Shown here in pieces: positions 29,629-38,892 of a stretch of 64,000 nt of DNA. This DNA comes from Felixounavirus LF82P1. A program made the position numbers and the translations under genes. Below the pieces are notes generated by a model, which saw only the letters and a program-made list of their open reading frames with translations, was not told the origin of the DNA and did no database searches. Within the stretch, counting starts at the first letter, position 1. Every line of letters begins with the position of its first letter. The stretch lies in the sequence record OZ035762.1; one strand, 5' to 3'.

Positions 29629-31410
29629 ATGACTAAATCACTTTATGCAGTACCAGCAGGTTTAAATGCAGATGCTTACAAATCTGGTCATGTTTACCAG
29701 TATCCTAGCGCAACAGAGTACTTGATGTTCAATCTGACACCACGTAGCGACAAATGGTTTAACAGCCCCTTAGCAATTGACGGTGTAGTAGCTTTTGGTA
29801 TTCAACGTTTTGTTAAAGATTACTTGATAGACCACTGGAATGCCACTTTCTTTGAACGTGATAAAAAAGAAGCAATTGACGAAATCTTAGAAGTCATGAA
29901 TGGTGTTCTGGGTAAAGATGCTATAGGTCGAGAGCATTGGGAAGCACTTCACGACTTAGGCTATCTACCAGTTGAAGTATACGCTGTAGAAGAAGGCACA
30001 GTTGTCCCTATGCGTGTTCCGATGATTGTTTTCCAGAACACTGTTTCAGGTTTCCATTGGGTAGCAGGTTATCTGGAAGATGCTTTCTCTGCTGAGATTT
30101 GGAAGGCTTGTACCATTGCAACTATTGCATTGCACTACAAACGTATCTGTAAGAAGTGGGCTGACCTTACTTGTGACAACGACTTGCATTTACCTTATCA
30201 GTGCCATGACTTTGCTATGCGTGGTATGTCCGGCTTTACTGATGACGCATTTAACGCTGTAGGCCACTTAACCAGCTTTAAAGGAACTGATAGCTTTCCT
30301 GCTGTGTATACGGCTAAACGAATCTATGGACAGTCCTACCCAATCTCTGATATTGGTAGCTCTGTACCAGCCACTGAGCACTCTGTAATGTGTGCAAACA
30401 TTGCTTGGGAAGGTGGTAATGAGTTGATTGAAGAAGAAAGACGCTTTAAAGGTGAGTTACAAACCTTCCGTCGTTTCTTAACAGAAACTTACCCAACGGG
30501 TATTGCAAGTATTGTTTCAGATACTTATAACTTCTGGAGAACTGTGTCAGAAATCTTACCAGCACTCCGTAAAGAAATTATGGAACGTGACGGTAAGCTG
30601 GTAATTCGCCCTGACTCTGGAGACCCTGTACATATTGTCACAGGTTACAAAGCAATCCACTTAGAGTGTGCTAAAAAGGCTTATTACGAGCACCTAAGCA
30701 AGCTAGAGGCAAGTGATACAATGCTGAACTCTGTCCTGAACATGAAGCTTGAAAACATTAACTATGGTATTGCTGGATGGCTACTGTCAGAAGGCTACGA
30801 AATGGTTGTTGACAGAGAAGACTTTGAAGTTGCTGATACGGTGATGTTGAAGAATGCTTATATGGTTGGTTCTGCAAACGTTGTAACACGTCCTGTAGCT
30901 GAGATTGATGGGGCTATTAAGACACTGTATAACATCTTTGGAGGAACTATCAACTCTAAAGGTTTTAAAGTACTGGATGAGCATATCGGGCTTATTTATG
31001 GCGACTCTATCACGTTGGAACGTGCAAACGAAATACTGAAGCGTTTGTATGAAATGGGTTTTGCAAGCTCTAACGTAGTGTTTGGTGTAGGTTCTTACAC
31101 TTACCAGTACATGACTCGTGACACCTTTGCATTTGCTGTCAAAGCAACTCTTGCAAGCATTGGTGGTAAAGAGATTATGCTTGCAAAAGACCCTAAAACA
31201 GATAGTGGTGTTAAGAAGTCTGCTTTTGGTGGTGTAGCACCTATGTGGGATGGTGAAAATCTGAAAGCTGTAGATGGCTATGGGTTCCAGAGCTTTGCAG
31301 ATGCACTTGAACACCCAGCTTGTGCTTTGCGTCTAGTCTTTAGCGACTCTGAGCAGTTCGGTTACACAACTCTTGGTGATATTCGAAATAATATTGACAA
31401 GCAGCTTTAA
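29629..31410 (+). CDS. nicotinamide phosphoribosyltransferase-like (NadV/NAMPT family)
   Basis: 593 aa; NAMPT-like overall length and motifs (..GSDSxxxY.., HSVM, RPDSGD); paired with Prs-like gene. Confidence 0.7.
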   Translation: MTKSLYAVPAGLNADAYKSGHVYQYPSATEYLMFNLTPRSDKWFNSPLAIDGVVAFGIQRFVKDYLIDHWNATFFERDKKEAIDEILEVMNGVLGKDAIGREHWEALHDLGYLPVEVYAVEEGTVVPMRVPMIVFQNTVSGFHWVAGYLEDAFSAEIWKACTIATIALHYKRICKKWADLTCDNDLHLPYQCHDFAMRGMSGFTDDAFNAVGHLTSFKGTDSFPAVYTAKRIYGQSYPISDIGSSVPATEHSVMCANIAWEGGNELIEEERRFKGELQTFRRFLTETYPTGIASIVSDTYNFWRTVSEILPALRKEIMERDGKLVIRPDSGDPVHIVTGYKAIHLECAKKAYYEHLSKLEASDTMLNSVLNMKLENINYGIAGWLLSEGYEMVVDREDFEVADTVMLKNAYMVGSANVVTRPVAEIDGAIKTLYNIFGGTINSKGFKVLDEHIGLIYGDSITLERANEILKRLYEMGFASSNVVFGVGSYTYQYMTRDTFAFAVKATLASIGGKEIMLAKDPKTDSGVKKSAFGGVAPMWDGENLKAVDGYGFQSFADALEHPACALRLVFSDSEQFGYTTLGDIRNNIDKQL

Positions 31411-31423
31411 AAGTATATGATAA

Positions 31424-31447
31424 GAGGCTCCTACGGGAGCCTTTTTA
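31424..31447 (+). terminator. rho-independent terminator
   Basis: GAGGCTCC-TACG-GGAGCCTT + T-run. Confidence 0.6.
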
Positions 31448-31463
31448 ATTTCTGGAGAAAACT

Positions 31464-31799
31464 ATGAAAATCAAAGAGATGAACATTAACGTTGTCCTAG
31501 AAGAACGTTGGGAAAACATTAAGAAACCTGAAAATGGTCATAAATTCCTTAACAAAATTTTAGTAGCAGCTAAAGAAGAACTAACGGGTAAGGTTGCAGC
31601 AGCAATCACAATAAAGGTTTGTGTAAAGGGTCTTTCAGACAATCACCAATTTGCACTTGACGAGTTTAAAGAAAGCTTCTACAATCCAAACAAACAGATG
31701 CTTGAAAGTAACTTTGCAGTATCTACAAGTATCGTCCATGACAGAAGCTTTATCCTTTACAAGAATATGAGAGGTGAGTCATGCAAGCATATTGGATAG
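31464..31799 (+). CDS. hypothetical protein
   Basis: ORF track 111 aa. Confidence 0.45.
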   Translation: MKIKEMNINVVLEERWENIKKPENGHKFLNKILVAAKEELTGKVAAAITIKVCVKGLSDNHQFALDEFKESFYNPNKQMLESNFAVSTSIVHDRSFILYKNMRGESCKHIG

Positions 31800-31957
31800 A
31801 AATTTTACTGTCACTTGGTAGTGTAGCAGTATTTGTCTACCTCCTTTGCAAGTACTTTGCAGAGCACAAAAAATGTGACTACTGTAATGGAGAGGGGTAC
31901 ATAAGGGCAGGATGTTGCCCTATGTGTGGTGGTTCTGGTAAAATGTTTAATAAGTAA
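31781..31957 (+). CDS. small membrane-anchored zinc-ribbon protein (58 aa)
   Basis: Below ORF-track cutoff; ATG 31781; hydrophobic N-terminus then CDYCNGEG..CCPMCGG. Confidence 0.3.
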   Translation: MQAYWIEILLSLGSVAVFVYLLCKYFAEHKKCDYCNGEGYIRAGCCPMCGGSGKMFNK

Positions 31958-31985
31958 TTTAACAGTAAACTGAGAGGAAAGTATT

Positions 31986-34352
31986 ATGCGCATGGTAAAC
32001 GACCACGCAGAAGTGATTAAGAGTTCAACTTCTTTAGAGACGTCTCAAGCAAAGATTACAATGACACCTGAAATGTTCAGCCTTTTGAGTTCTGGTGTAT
32101 ACACATTTAAAGAAAGGGCAGTTATTCGTGAACTGTCATGTAACGCAGTAGATGCTCAGAAAGAAGCTGGAAAAGAGAACATCCCATTCCATGTGCATTT
32201 ACCTACTCGTTTTGAGCCTTACTTTGAAGTTCGTGATTTTGGAACTGGATTAACTCATGACAAAGTTATGAGCTTGTACCTAAACTACGGGGCTTCTACA
32301 AAGAATGATTCCAATGACTACATTGGTGCAATGGGTATCGGCTCAAAGTCACCATTTGCAATTGCTCAGTCATTCACAGTATCTAGCTATGTTGATGGTG
32401 TTGTTAATAAGTACTCTGTTTACCTTGAGAATGGTATCCCTCAAGTAACTAAGCTGACAACTAACCCAACAAAAGAACCTAATGGTTTAGCTGTACGTGT
32501 GGCAGTTGCTGACCACCGTATCTCAAAGTTCTTTGAAGAAGCTGGTAATGTATACTCATACTTTGCTGTAAAACCAGAAAGTAATATTGTGTACGACGAT
32601 GTATTAGCAGATATGAACGTCATTGCCCGTGAAGAGGGTGTTTATGATGCCATGATTCATAAGCAAAGTTGGCGTTCTAGTGGTAACAGGACAGAGTTTA
32701 ATGTGGTGATGGGTAACATTTCCTACCCTGTTAACATGGAAGCATTACTTGGTGATGACTTCTTCAAAGTATTGCCAGAATTTTTCCGTAGGAGCGTAGA
32801 CCTTGTAAACATCTACATGCCTATTGGTTCAGTTGCTATTGCAGCTTCTCGTGAAGCATTGCAGATGAATGACACGACAAAAAATGTTATCATTGAGGCT
32901 ACTAAAAAGATAACTGAAGCCATTACAAAGGATGTTATCAAGAAAGTTAATAGCCAACCTACACTCATGGATGCTGCACAGGCTTATGCTGAGTTACGTT
33001 TGAACTCACGAGAGATGTTTAATGCTGTGTGTCCAAAGCTAGAGTGGGGAGGCGTTAAGCTTGATTCTCTGGAAGAAGAATTGCTAAACATTCGTCGTGG
33101 GATTATCTACGCAGAAGACGGCTCAGTCATTTATGAACGTGACGGTAAAGGTAATATTAAGGTTGACAGTAAAGGAAACAACATTCCTAAAGTGGACTAC
33201 CTATACAATCCAGTTGCTTATGTCAAGTTCAACTCTTTAGAGAGTAAGATTCGTGCAACAGCACTTTCCTACACTCAAGAGGCAAGTATGTTCAATATCT
33301 TTGGTGCAATGCGTAAAAGCCAAATTGAACAGTTTTTGTTCGTGATTAATGACCGTCGCAATAAAAACGGAACTGAGAAGACTGTAGGACGCAATCAAAT
33401 CTTGCGTGGTGCATGTCGAGACTACGCCAACGAGTCAAGTCTGTTTCACAGATACAATGGTATTGTGTTTGTATTCTCGACTGAAAAAGAGCTAGATGAC
33501 TTAATCAACCTACACAAACTTGATAAAAGCTTGTTAAAGATTGTGAAAATGTCTGATAAGGAGCACCATTACCAGCGCAAAGAAGCTGTAAGGGGTGTTG
33601 TAAAACTCTGGAAAGCTGTTCCAGCAGAAGGTGTAGCTTCCTATAAAGAGGTTTCAGAGGACTTTGATACAATTGAAGAACCTCAGCTTTACATTAAGGC
33701 AGTTGGTGACACAGTTGATGGCGAATGTTTTTGCTCATCTCCAGAAGATGTAGCTAAGTCAGTCGCTAATGTTCTAGGGAAGACAGTCTATGTTTTCCGA
33801 AAAGCAAATTGGAAAAAGATACCAGAAGACTGGATTGAAGTAGATGAGAAGCTCTTGAACGACAGCTTAACTGATGTTCACTGGATTAATCATAACAGGT
33901 ATATGACACGTATCTATATGAATGGTGTTCTTGACCTTACAAGCAGTTGGATTATCGCCAGAAACTTTACATTCAATAACAGGAAGATTTCTCGTGGTTA
34001 TTGCTATTCACGAGATACTAACAAAACTATCTTCCTAGAAGGCAATGAAGATGCTGTAGAGGCAATGTTCGGTAAAATCCAATACGTTGCTGCACCATTT
34101 GCATACACTTATACTGTTAGTGTATTGAAAACTTTGAAAGACTGTCTTGACAATGATACAAAGCTTTACAAGAAAATTAAGAAAGCTGGTGACCGCATGG
34201 TCATTAAGGTGACAAACTACCTTTCAAAAAGAAAACAAGAAAACTTCTTGCTTTCTCATTTAGATTGGAATAAAGTGTCGCCTATCGAAGTGAGTAAGTT
34301 CTTAGGCTTTGATGTGAAGTGTGTTCCAGAAGGGACTACAATTTACGATTAA
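31986..34352 (+). CDS. rIIA: rIIA-like protein (GHKL ATPase-like N-terminus)
   Basis: 788 aa; ELSCNAVDA N-box-like motif, DFGTGL, size and adjacency to rIIB-like gene. Confidence 0.6.
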   Translation: MRMVNDHAEVIKSSTSLETSQAKITMTPEMFSLLSSGVYTFKERAVIRELSCNAVDAQKEAGKENIPFHVHLPTRFEPYFEVRDFGTGLTHDKVMSLYLNYGASTKNDSNDYIGAMGIGSKSPFAIAQSFTVSSYVDGVVNKYSVYLENGIPQVTKLTTNPTKEPNGLAVRVAVADHRISKFFEEAGNVYSYFAVKPESNIVYDDVLADMNVIAREEGVYDAMIHKQSWRSSGNRTEFNVVMGNISYPVNMEALLGDDFFKVLPEFFRRSVDLVNIYMPIGSVAIAASREALQMNDTTKNVIIEATKKITEAITKDVIKKVNSQPTLMDAAQAYAELRLNSREMFNAVCPKLEWGGVKLDSLEEELLNIRRGIIYAEDGSVIYERDGKGNIKVDSKGNNIPKVDYLYNPVAYVKFNSLESKIRATALSYTQEASMFNIFGAMRKSQIEQFLFVINDRRNKNGTEKTVGRNQILRGACRDYANESSLFHRYNGIVFVFSTEKELDDLINLHKLDKSLLKIVKMSDKEHHYQRKEAVRGVVKLWKAVPAEGVASYKEVSEDFDTIEEPQLYIKAVGDTVDGECFCSSPEDVAKSVANVLGKTVYVFRKANWKKIPEDWIEVDEKLLNDSLTDVHWINHNRYMTRIYMNGVLDLTSSWIIARNFTFNNRKISRGYCYSRDTNKTIFLEGNEDAVEAMFGKIQYVAAPFAYTYTVSVLKTLKDCLDNDTKLYKKIKKAGDRMVIKVTNYLSKRKQENFLLSHLDWNKVSPIEVSKFLGFDVKCVPEGTTIYD

Positions 34353-34431
34353 AGTGTTTGACAAGGGGCTTTGAAGCCCCTTAGAATAGCATCACAAAAT
34401 GATTTATTAACTAACAAGAGAGAGTAATAAG

Positions 34432-35541
34432 ATGACTACTAAAACTAAAGCACAGATTGACGCAGAAATTTACAAACTGGTTAAAGAAGGTAAGCTGACT
34501 AAAACAGCTATTGCACAGAAATTTAATACTTCAACCCGTTCAGTTGGTCGTGCTGTAGAGCGTCATGAAGCAACTTTAAAAGGGGATAAGAAGGCAACTT
34601 CTACACCAGCTACGAAGACTTTGAAGCAAGTTGCTAAGACATTTAAAAAGAAAGCTGACAAACCAGTTGAAAAGGTCGTTAAAGATGCTGTACAGAAAGC
34701 TCCAGTAAATAAACTGCATGAAGCTATGCAGAAAGATGACAAAATTGAGTACATGATTACTGGCGACTCTGTAATTATGACTTATGGTTCAGAATCTGAA
34801 ATTGTTGAGTCTACTCATCCGAACTATCAAGAGATTGTAGTTCATGTTGTGAAAGGTGAGTTCAAGAAAGCCTTTGAACTGATGAATATTCGTAAGTCTA
34901 TCGAAAACTTCACTCAGGGTGCTATCACAATCAAAGGTGACAAGCTATTCTACGGTGCTGTTGAGATGCGTTCTACTCTGGTTGACCGTATTCTTCACAT
35001 GATGAAGACTGGAGATAAAGGCTTTGAACGCCTTGTGATGTTCTTCGAAAAACTGATGGAAAACCCATCTAAAGACTCTGTAGAACAACTTTGGGGCTTT
35101 GTATCTCACCTTGATGTTGAAATTGATGAAGAAGGCTACATCATTGGTTGGAAGAAAGTATCTACTCGTGAAGGTAAGCTGGTTGACTCCCACACCTACA
35201 AAGTTCCTAACGATTTGGGTAACATTGTAGAGATGCCACGTTGGATGGTTGATAATAACCGTAACGTGACTTGCTCTCAAGGTCTTCATGTTGGTGCTTG
35301 GGATTATGTTCGTAGCTTCTCAGGTGATACAATCCTGAAAGTTCGTGTCCACCCACGAGATGTTGTATCTGTTCCAACTGATTACAATGATATGAAAATG
35401 CGTTCATCACGTTATGAAGTTGCAGCTATCGTTGATAGCCAGCGTAATGTTCTGAAAGCATGGGATGGCAAGACTGAAGCTCTACATGTTATCGTTGGTA
35501 CTGCTGGCGAACTTATTTCTCAGCGTAAACGTGAAATCTAA
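34432..35541 (+). CDS. rIIB: rIIB-like protein
   Basis: 369 aa directly downstream of rIIA-like gene; N-terminal HTH-like segment. Confidence 0.5.
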   Translation: MTTKTKAQIDAEIYKLVKEGKLTKTAIAQKFNTSTRSVGRAVERHEATLKGDKKATSTPATKTLKQVAKTFKKKADKPVEKVVKDAVQKAPVNKLHEAMQKDDKIEYMITGDSVIMTYGSESEIVESTHPNYQEIVVHVVKGEFKKAFELMNIRKSIENFTQGAITIKGDKLFYGAVEMRSTLVDRILHMMKTGDKGFERLVMFFEKLMENPSKDSVEQLWGFVSHLDVEIDEEGYIIGWKKVSTREGKLVDSHTYKVPNDLGNIVEMPRWMVDNNRNVTCSQGLHVGAWDYVRSFSGDTILKVRVHPRDVVSVPTDYNDMKMRSSRYEVAAIVDSQRNVLKAWDGKTEALHVIVGTAGELISQRKREI

Positions 35542-35557
35542 TAAGTAATTCTCTTAA

Positions 35558-35582
35558 AAGGCTGCTTCGGCGGCCTTTTTTA
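35558..35582 (+). terminator. rho-independent terminator
   Basis: GC-rich hairpin (GGCTGC-TTCG-GCGGCC) + TTTTTT. Confidence 0.55.
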
Positions 35583-35642
35583 TTTGTATTTTGTGCAGAG
35601 TGCTGTATAATTGTTGTCACGATAAACTAAACAGGAGAACCA

Positions 35643-36191
35643 ATGAAGAAATTGATTATAGGTTTGTGCTTAATGTTTACAGCACACTTATCTTATGCAG
35701 TTGACTGCCCAGAGCTATCAATTAGCCAAAAAGTGAACATGTTAAAAGCTTACCAGTATGGCGAGAATAACATGGGTAAAGGTTGGGGTATCACTCTAGC
35801 AGCTATAGCCTTACAAGAGTCAGAGTTAGGTCTGAAGGTAGAAAATAAAAAGACACATGATTATGGTATTTTCCAGAATCACTTGAAGACTGTTGTAAAG
35901 CGTAACAAAATTAGCCCTAATGTGGCTAAAAAGAAACTCTTAAGAGACTTTGATTATGCTGCGAAGGAAACTCACAAAGAGCTTGAGTTTTGGACAAAGG
36001 TGCATGGTCAGCCAAAGTCAAAGAAGACTTTACAAAAAGTTTTAGCATCATATAATGCTGGGTATTCGTACAGAATCCCTAAAGCTAAGAAGTATTCTCA
36101 AGATGTCTATAACAACATGAAAGTAATTGCTCAATGTGAATTTGCAACAAACATTTCTAAGGTAAATCATGAAAAAATTAAGAAAGTCTGA
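35643..36191 (+). CDS. secreted lytic transglycosylase (SLT domain)
   Basis: 182 aa; signal peptide; SLT motifs ALQESELG (catalytic E-S), GIFQ, ASYNAGYSY. Confidence 0.6.
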   Translation: MKKLIIGLCLMFTAHLSYAVDCPELSISQKVNMLKAYQYGENNMGKGWGITLAAIALQESELGLKVENKKTHDYGIFQNHLKTVVKRNKISPNVAKKKLLRDFDYAAKETHKELEFWTKVHGQPKSKKTLQKVLASYNAGYSYRIPKAKKYSQDVYNNMKVIAQCEFATNISKVNHEKIKKV

Positions 36192-36864
36192 TGAAGTACT
36201 GTGTCATGCTTATGACTTACATCCTCATGAGTTAGGTCTTGATTCCTGTGTATGGTCTCCAGAACAGTGTAGGGATTTTGAAGACACTGCAAGAGAAGTT
36301 GTATGTTCACTTGAAGAGTTCCACACATCAGAACCAATTGTGAACGTTGTGGACAAAGAGACTGGACAATCTATAGGAGTAAGTCGTGATAGCTTAGTCA
36401 TAGTCAATAAAGACCTTGTAGAAAAAGGGAATCTCATCTTAGCAGATATTGATGGTGTTCTTACAAATTTTAATCACGAAGATTGTTCAACGGAATTGAC
36501 TGATGGGTCATTCTCACAGTACACTAATCTTCTTGATTCTGTAAGAGCAAAACCAACGTATGTTTTTAGTATTATTGATGCAATTGCTAATCATGCTGCC
36601 ATTGGACTCTTGACAGCGAGAGGTGAATCTCAGAGAATACCTACTGAGATGTTTTTAAGGCATAACATAGAGCATGACTACATGCTTTTTATGCGTGGTT
36701 TTGGAACTAACTCTATAAGTGCAGAAAGTTTGAAAGTGAGGATGATTCAGTCTTGCATCCTGCCTTACTTTAATATAGTATGTTTTATAGAAGACACAGA
36801 GAAGAATGTGCAGAAGGTGAACAGAATCCTTCCACACATTAAAACCATGTTAGTTAAACATTGA
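36169..36864 (+). CDS. hypothetical protein
   Basis: ORF track 231 aa. Confidence 0.45.
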   Translation: MKKLRKSDEVLCHAYDLHPHELGLDSCVWSPEQCRDFEDTAREVVCSLEEFHTSEPIVNVVDKETGQSIGVSRDSLVIVNKDLVEKGNLILADIDGVLTNFNHEDCSTELTDGSFSQYTNLLDSVRAKPTYVFSIIDAIANHAAIGLLTARGESQRIPTEMFLRHNIEHDYMLFMRGFGTNSISAESLKVRMIQSCILPYFNIVCFIEDTEKNVQKVNRILPHIKTMLVKH

Positions 36865-36874
36865 GAGAAAACTT

Positions 36875-37339
36875 ATGAACAATATCATTACGGTAGCACT
36901 GGACGATACGGTAAACAAATCTGCAATAGTTCGTAAAATGATTCAAGGTAACTTTGAAGGTAAAATTTTTCGTGCTGTTAATGTAAAAGCTGATGGCAGC
37001 ATTCGTGAATATCGTGCATTATTGAATGTTAAAAAACACGTAAAAGGTGCTGGTTCAACTACTGCACACAAAGAAAACCTGATGACTATCTATGATATGG
37101 GCAAGGCTTCAGAGTTAGGTGCTGAAGGTATCGTTAAAGAAGGTGCTCCGTATCGCTCTTTCAATCTGGAAACTACTCTTATGCTTTCCTTTACAAGTGG
37201 TTCTAAAACAATCACTTATCTCTTTACTGATGCTGCAACGGTATCTGCTATTAAGGATAGCACTGTCAAAGCTGGCGTAGTTGCTGCTGCAAAAGCTTCT
37301 TCGATGGCTGCGAATATCCTTGCTAAAGTCCTCGGTTAA
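36875..37339 (+). CDS. hypothetical protein
   Basis: ORF track 154 aa. Confidence 0.45.
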   Translation: MNNIITVALDDTVNKSAIVRKMIQGNFEGKIFRAVNVKADGSIREYRALLNVKKHVKGAGSTTAHKENLMTIYDMGKASELGAEGIVKEGAPYRSFNLETTLMLSFTSGSKTITYLFTDAATVSAIKDSTVKAGVVAAAKASSMAANILAKVLG

Positions 37340-37351
37340 GGTTAAGATACA

Positions 37352-37372
37352 GGCTCCTTCGGGAGCCTTTTT
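37352..37372 (+). terminator. rho-independent terminator
   Basis: GGCTCC-TTCG-GGAGCC + TTTTT. Confidence 0.6.
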
Positions 37373-37391
37373 CATTTTAGGAGATTGTTAA

Positions 37392-37739
37392 ATGACATTT
37401 AAAGAGTTCTGTCAAGCTACTTTCATAATTGTTTTCTTAGTTGGTGCAGGTGTCTGGGGAGGATACTCTTACAGAGACTATCAAGTTGCTGAAACTGAGC
37501 TAAATAATGAGAAACTAATAAGTGTTGCTAAAGATGCTTATCAGGAAGGTTTAGCCACACTCAGCACCAATTACAAAAATGATTTGAAAGATGTGCTTGC
37601 TAAGAATAAGCATACAAAAGAGGTACTAACATATGAAAAAACTAAGCCAGAGTTTTATAATGTTTGTGTTACTGATAACTATGTCAGGGTGTTCAACGAA
37701 CAAAGTGAGCAGTACATTCAAAAACTCCCAAGTAAGTGA
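37392..37739 (+). CDS. i-spanin-like (Rz-type) protein
   Basis: 115 aa; N-terminal TM segment then coiled-coil-like region; o-spanin-like ORF starts inside its 3' end. Confidence 0.5.
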   Translation: MTFKEFCQATFIIVFLVGAGVWGGYSYRDYQVAETELNNEKLISVAKDAYQEGLATLSTNYKNDLKDVLAKNKHTKEVLTYEKTKPEFYNVCVTDNYVRVFNEQSEQYIQKLPSK

Positions 37740-37902
37740 GGGTGATAAGTACACCCAAGAAGAATCACGGTATATCATCAAAGGCAACACAGGCAGCGAT
37801 GTAGCAGCAGCCCTTGAGTTCTATCGTGACGGCTTTTACCAGTGCACAATCAAAGCTAACAACCTTATTGACATGATTTTATTAGGGAATAAGCAGCAAT
37901 GA
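37633..37902 (+). CDS. o-spanin-like (Rz1-type) lipoprotein, overlapping
   Basis: 89 aa; signal + lipobox LLITMSGC; starts within previous ORF in another frame. Confidence 0.5.
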   Translation: MKKLSQSFIMFVLLITMSGCSTNKVSSTFKNSQVSEGDKYTQEESRYIIKGNTGSDVAAALEFYRDGFYQCTIKANNLIDMILLGNKQQ

Positions 37903-38168
37903 CAGAGAATCAAGATACTTTTTACGTAGAAGGGTACTTACTGTTACCACGACCAAAAGAGACTTATATGCGAATTGATTTCTCACCAACCATTATGGAT
38001 AATGTGATGTGCCATATCTTTATGCAAGGTGTCACAGCACAGCTTAAACATGTTGGTAAAGAGTGCAAAATAAAGGTTGACACTCATCCAGAAATCAAAG
38101 AGAATCACTACACATGGTTCTTACCAGATTCTAAAGAAATCTTAGCAGTTCTTAAAACGAGGAAGTAA
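37899..38168 (+). CDS. hypothetical protein
   Basis: ORF track 89 aa. Confidence 0.4.
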   Translation: MTENQDTFYVEGYLLLPRPKETYMRIDFSPTIMDNVMCHIFMQGVTAQLKHVGKECKIKVDTHPEIKENHYTWFLPDSKEILAVLKTRK

Positions 38169-38170
38169 CT

Positions 38171-38497
38171 ATGCAGATTAATGGAAGAGACTTTGTAGCC
38201 GTTTACTATGAGAAAGGTAAAGAAGTTGGCGTAGCACAAGTATCTTACGGCAATGGTAAGTGGCTATATGGAACAATCGCAGTAGTAGGAACAAGAAGTG
38301 ATACAAAAACCTTTAAAGATTGTGTTGACCTTCTTGAAGAATCCATCCAGAATCATTGGTGTCTGATATGGATGACTGATAACGAAGTGATGGAGCGTTT
38401 CAAAAAGATTGATATCAACATTGACAGTATTGAGCATGTTGATTTATATGAACTAACTGAGAAGGTAAACTATGAAAGTAATACTAGCCAGAGATAA
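38171..38497 (+). CDS. hypothetical protein
   Basis: ORF track 108 aa. Confidence 0.4.
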   Translation: MQINGRDFVAVYYEKGKEVGVAQVSYGNGKWLYGTIAVVGTRSDTKTFKDCVDLLEESIQNHWCLIWMTDNEVMERFKKIDINIDSIEHVDLYELTEKVNYESNTSQR

Positions 38498-38699
38498 AAA
38501 GACACGAAAACTTATAAGGTCAGCAGTATTCATTGGACGAAATGAGGTCATCCCATTTACAGCAAATGATGTGATAGCTTACAGGAAGAACTTAGTATTC
38601 ACTGACTGCTTACGTGGCTTCATCTCTGAACCATTGGAAGACTTTAAAAGTCGTTGTGGTAAAGGTATCATCATTCAAGAGGCAATTATTCATGGCTGA
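38472..38699 (+). CDS. hypothetical protein
   Basis: ORF track 75 aa. Confidence 0.35.
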   Translation: MKVILARDKKTRKLIRSAVFIGRNEVIPFTANDVIAYRKNLVFTDCLRGFISEPLEDFKSRCGKGIIIQEAIIHG

Positions 38700-38892
38700 C
38701 TTCTGTAAAGACTGTTCTATCGAAATGTTCGGACGTGATACAGGTGACTTAAAAGGTCTTATCACTGAAGATGATTTTAAAGCTGGTTATGCAATGCCAG
38801 TAATCTGTGAAGGTTGTGGGTGCATCTGGGTAGACCATGAGGGGCAACGTGTAAAACCTTCAGAAGATAAAGAATCTTGGGAGAGATGCTAA
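38692..38892 (+). CDS. small Cys-rich protein
   Basis: ORF track (38614) trimmed to ATG overlapping upstream stop; CKDC..CEGCGC. Confidence 0.35.
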   Translation: MADFCKDCSIEMFGRDTGDLKGLITEDDFKAGYAMPVICEGCGCIWVDHEGQRVKPSEDKESWERC

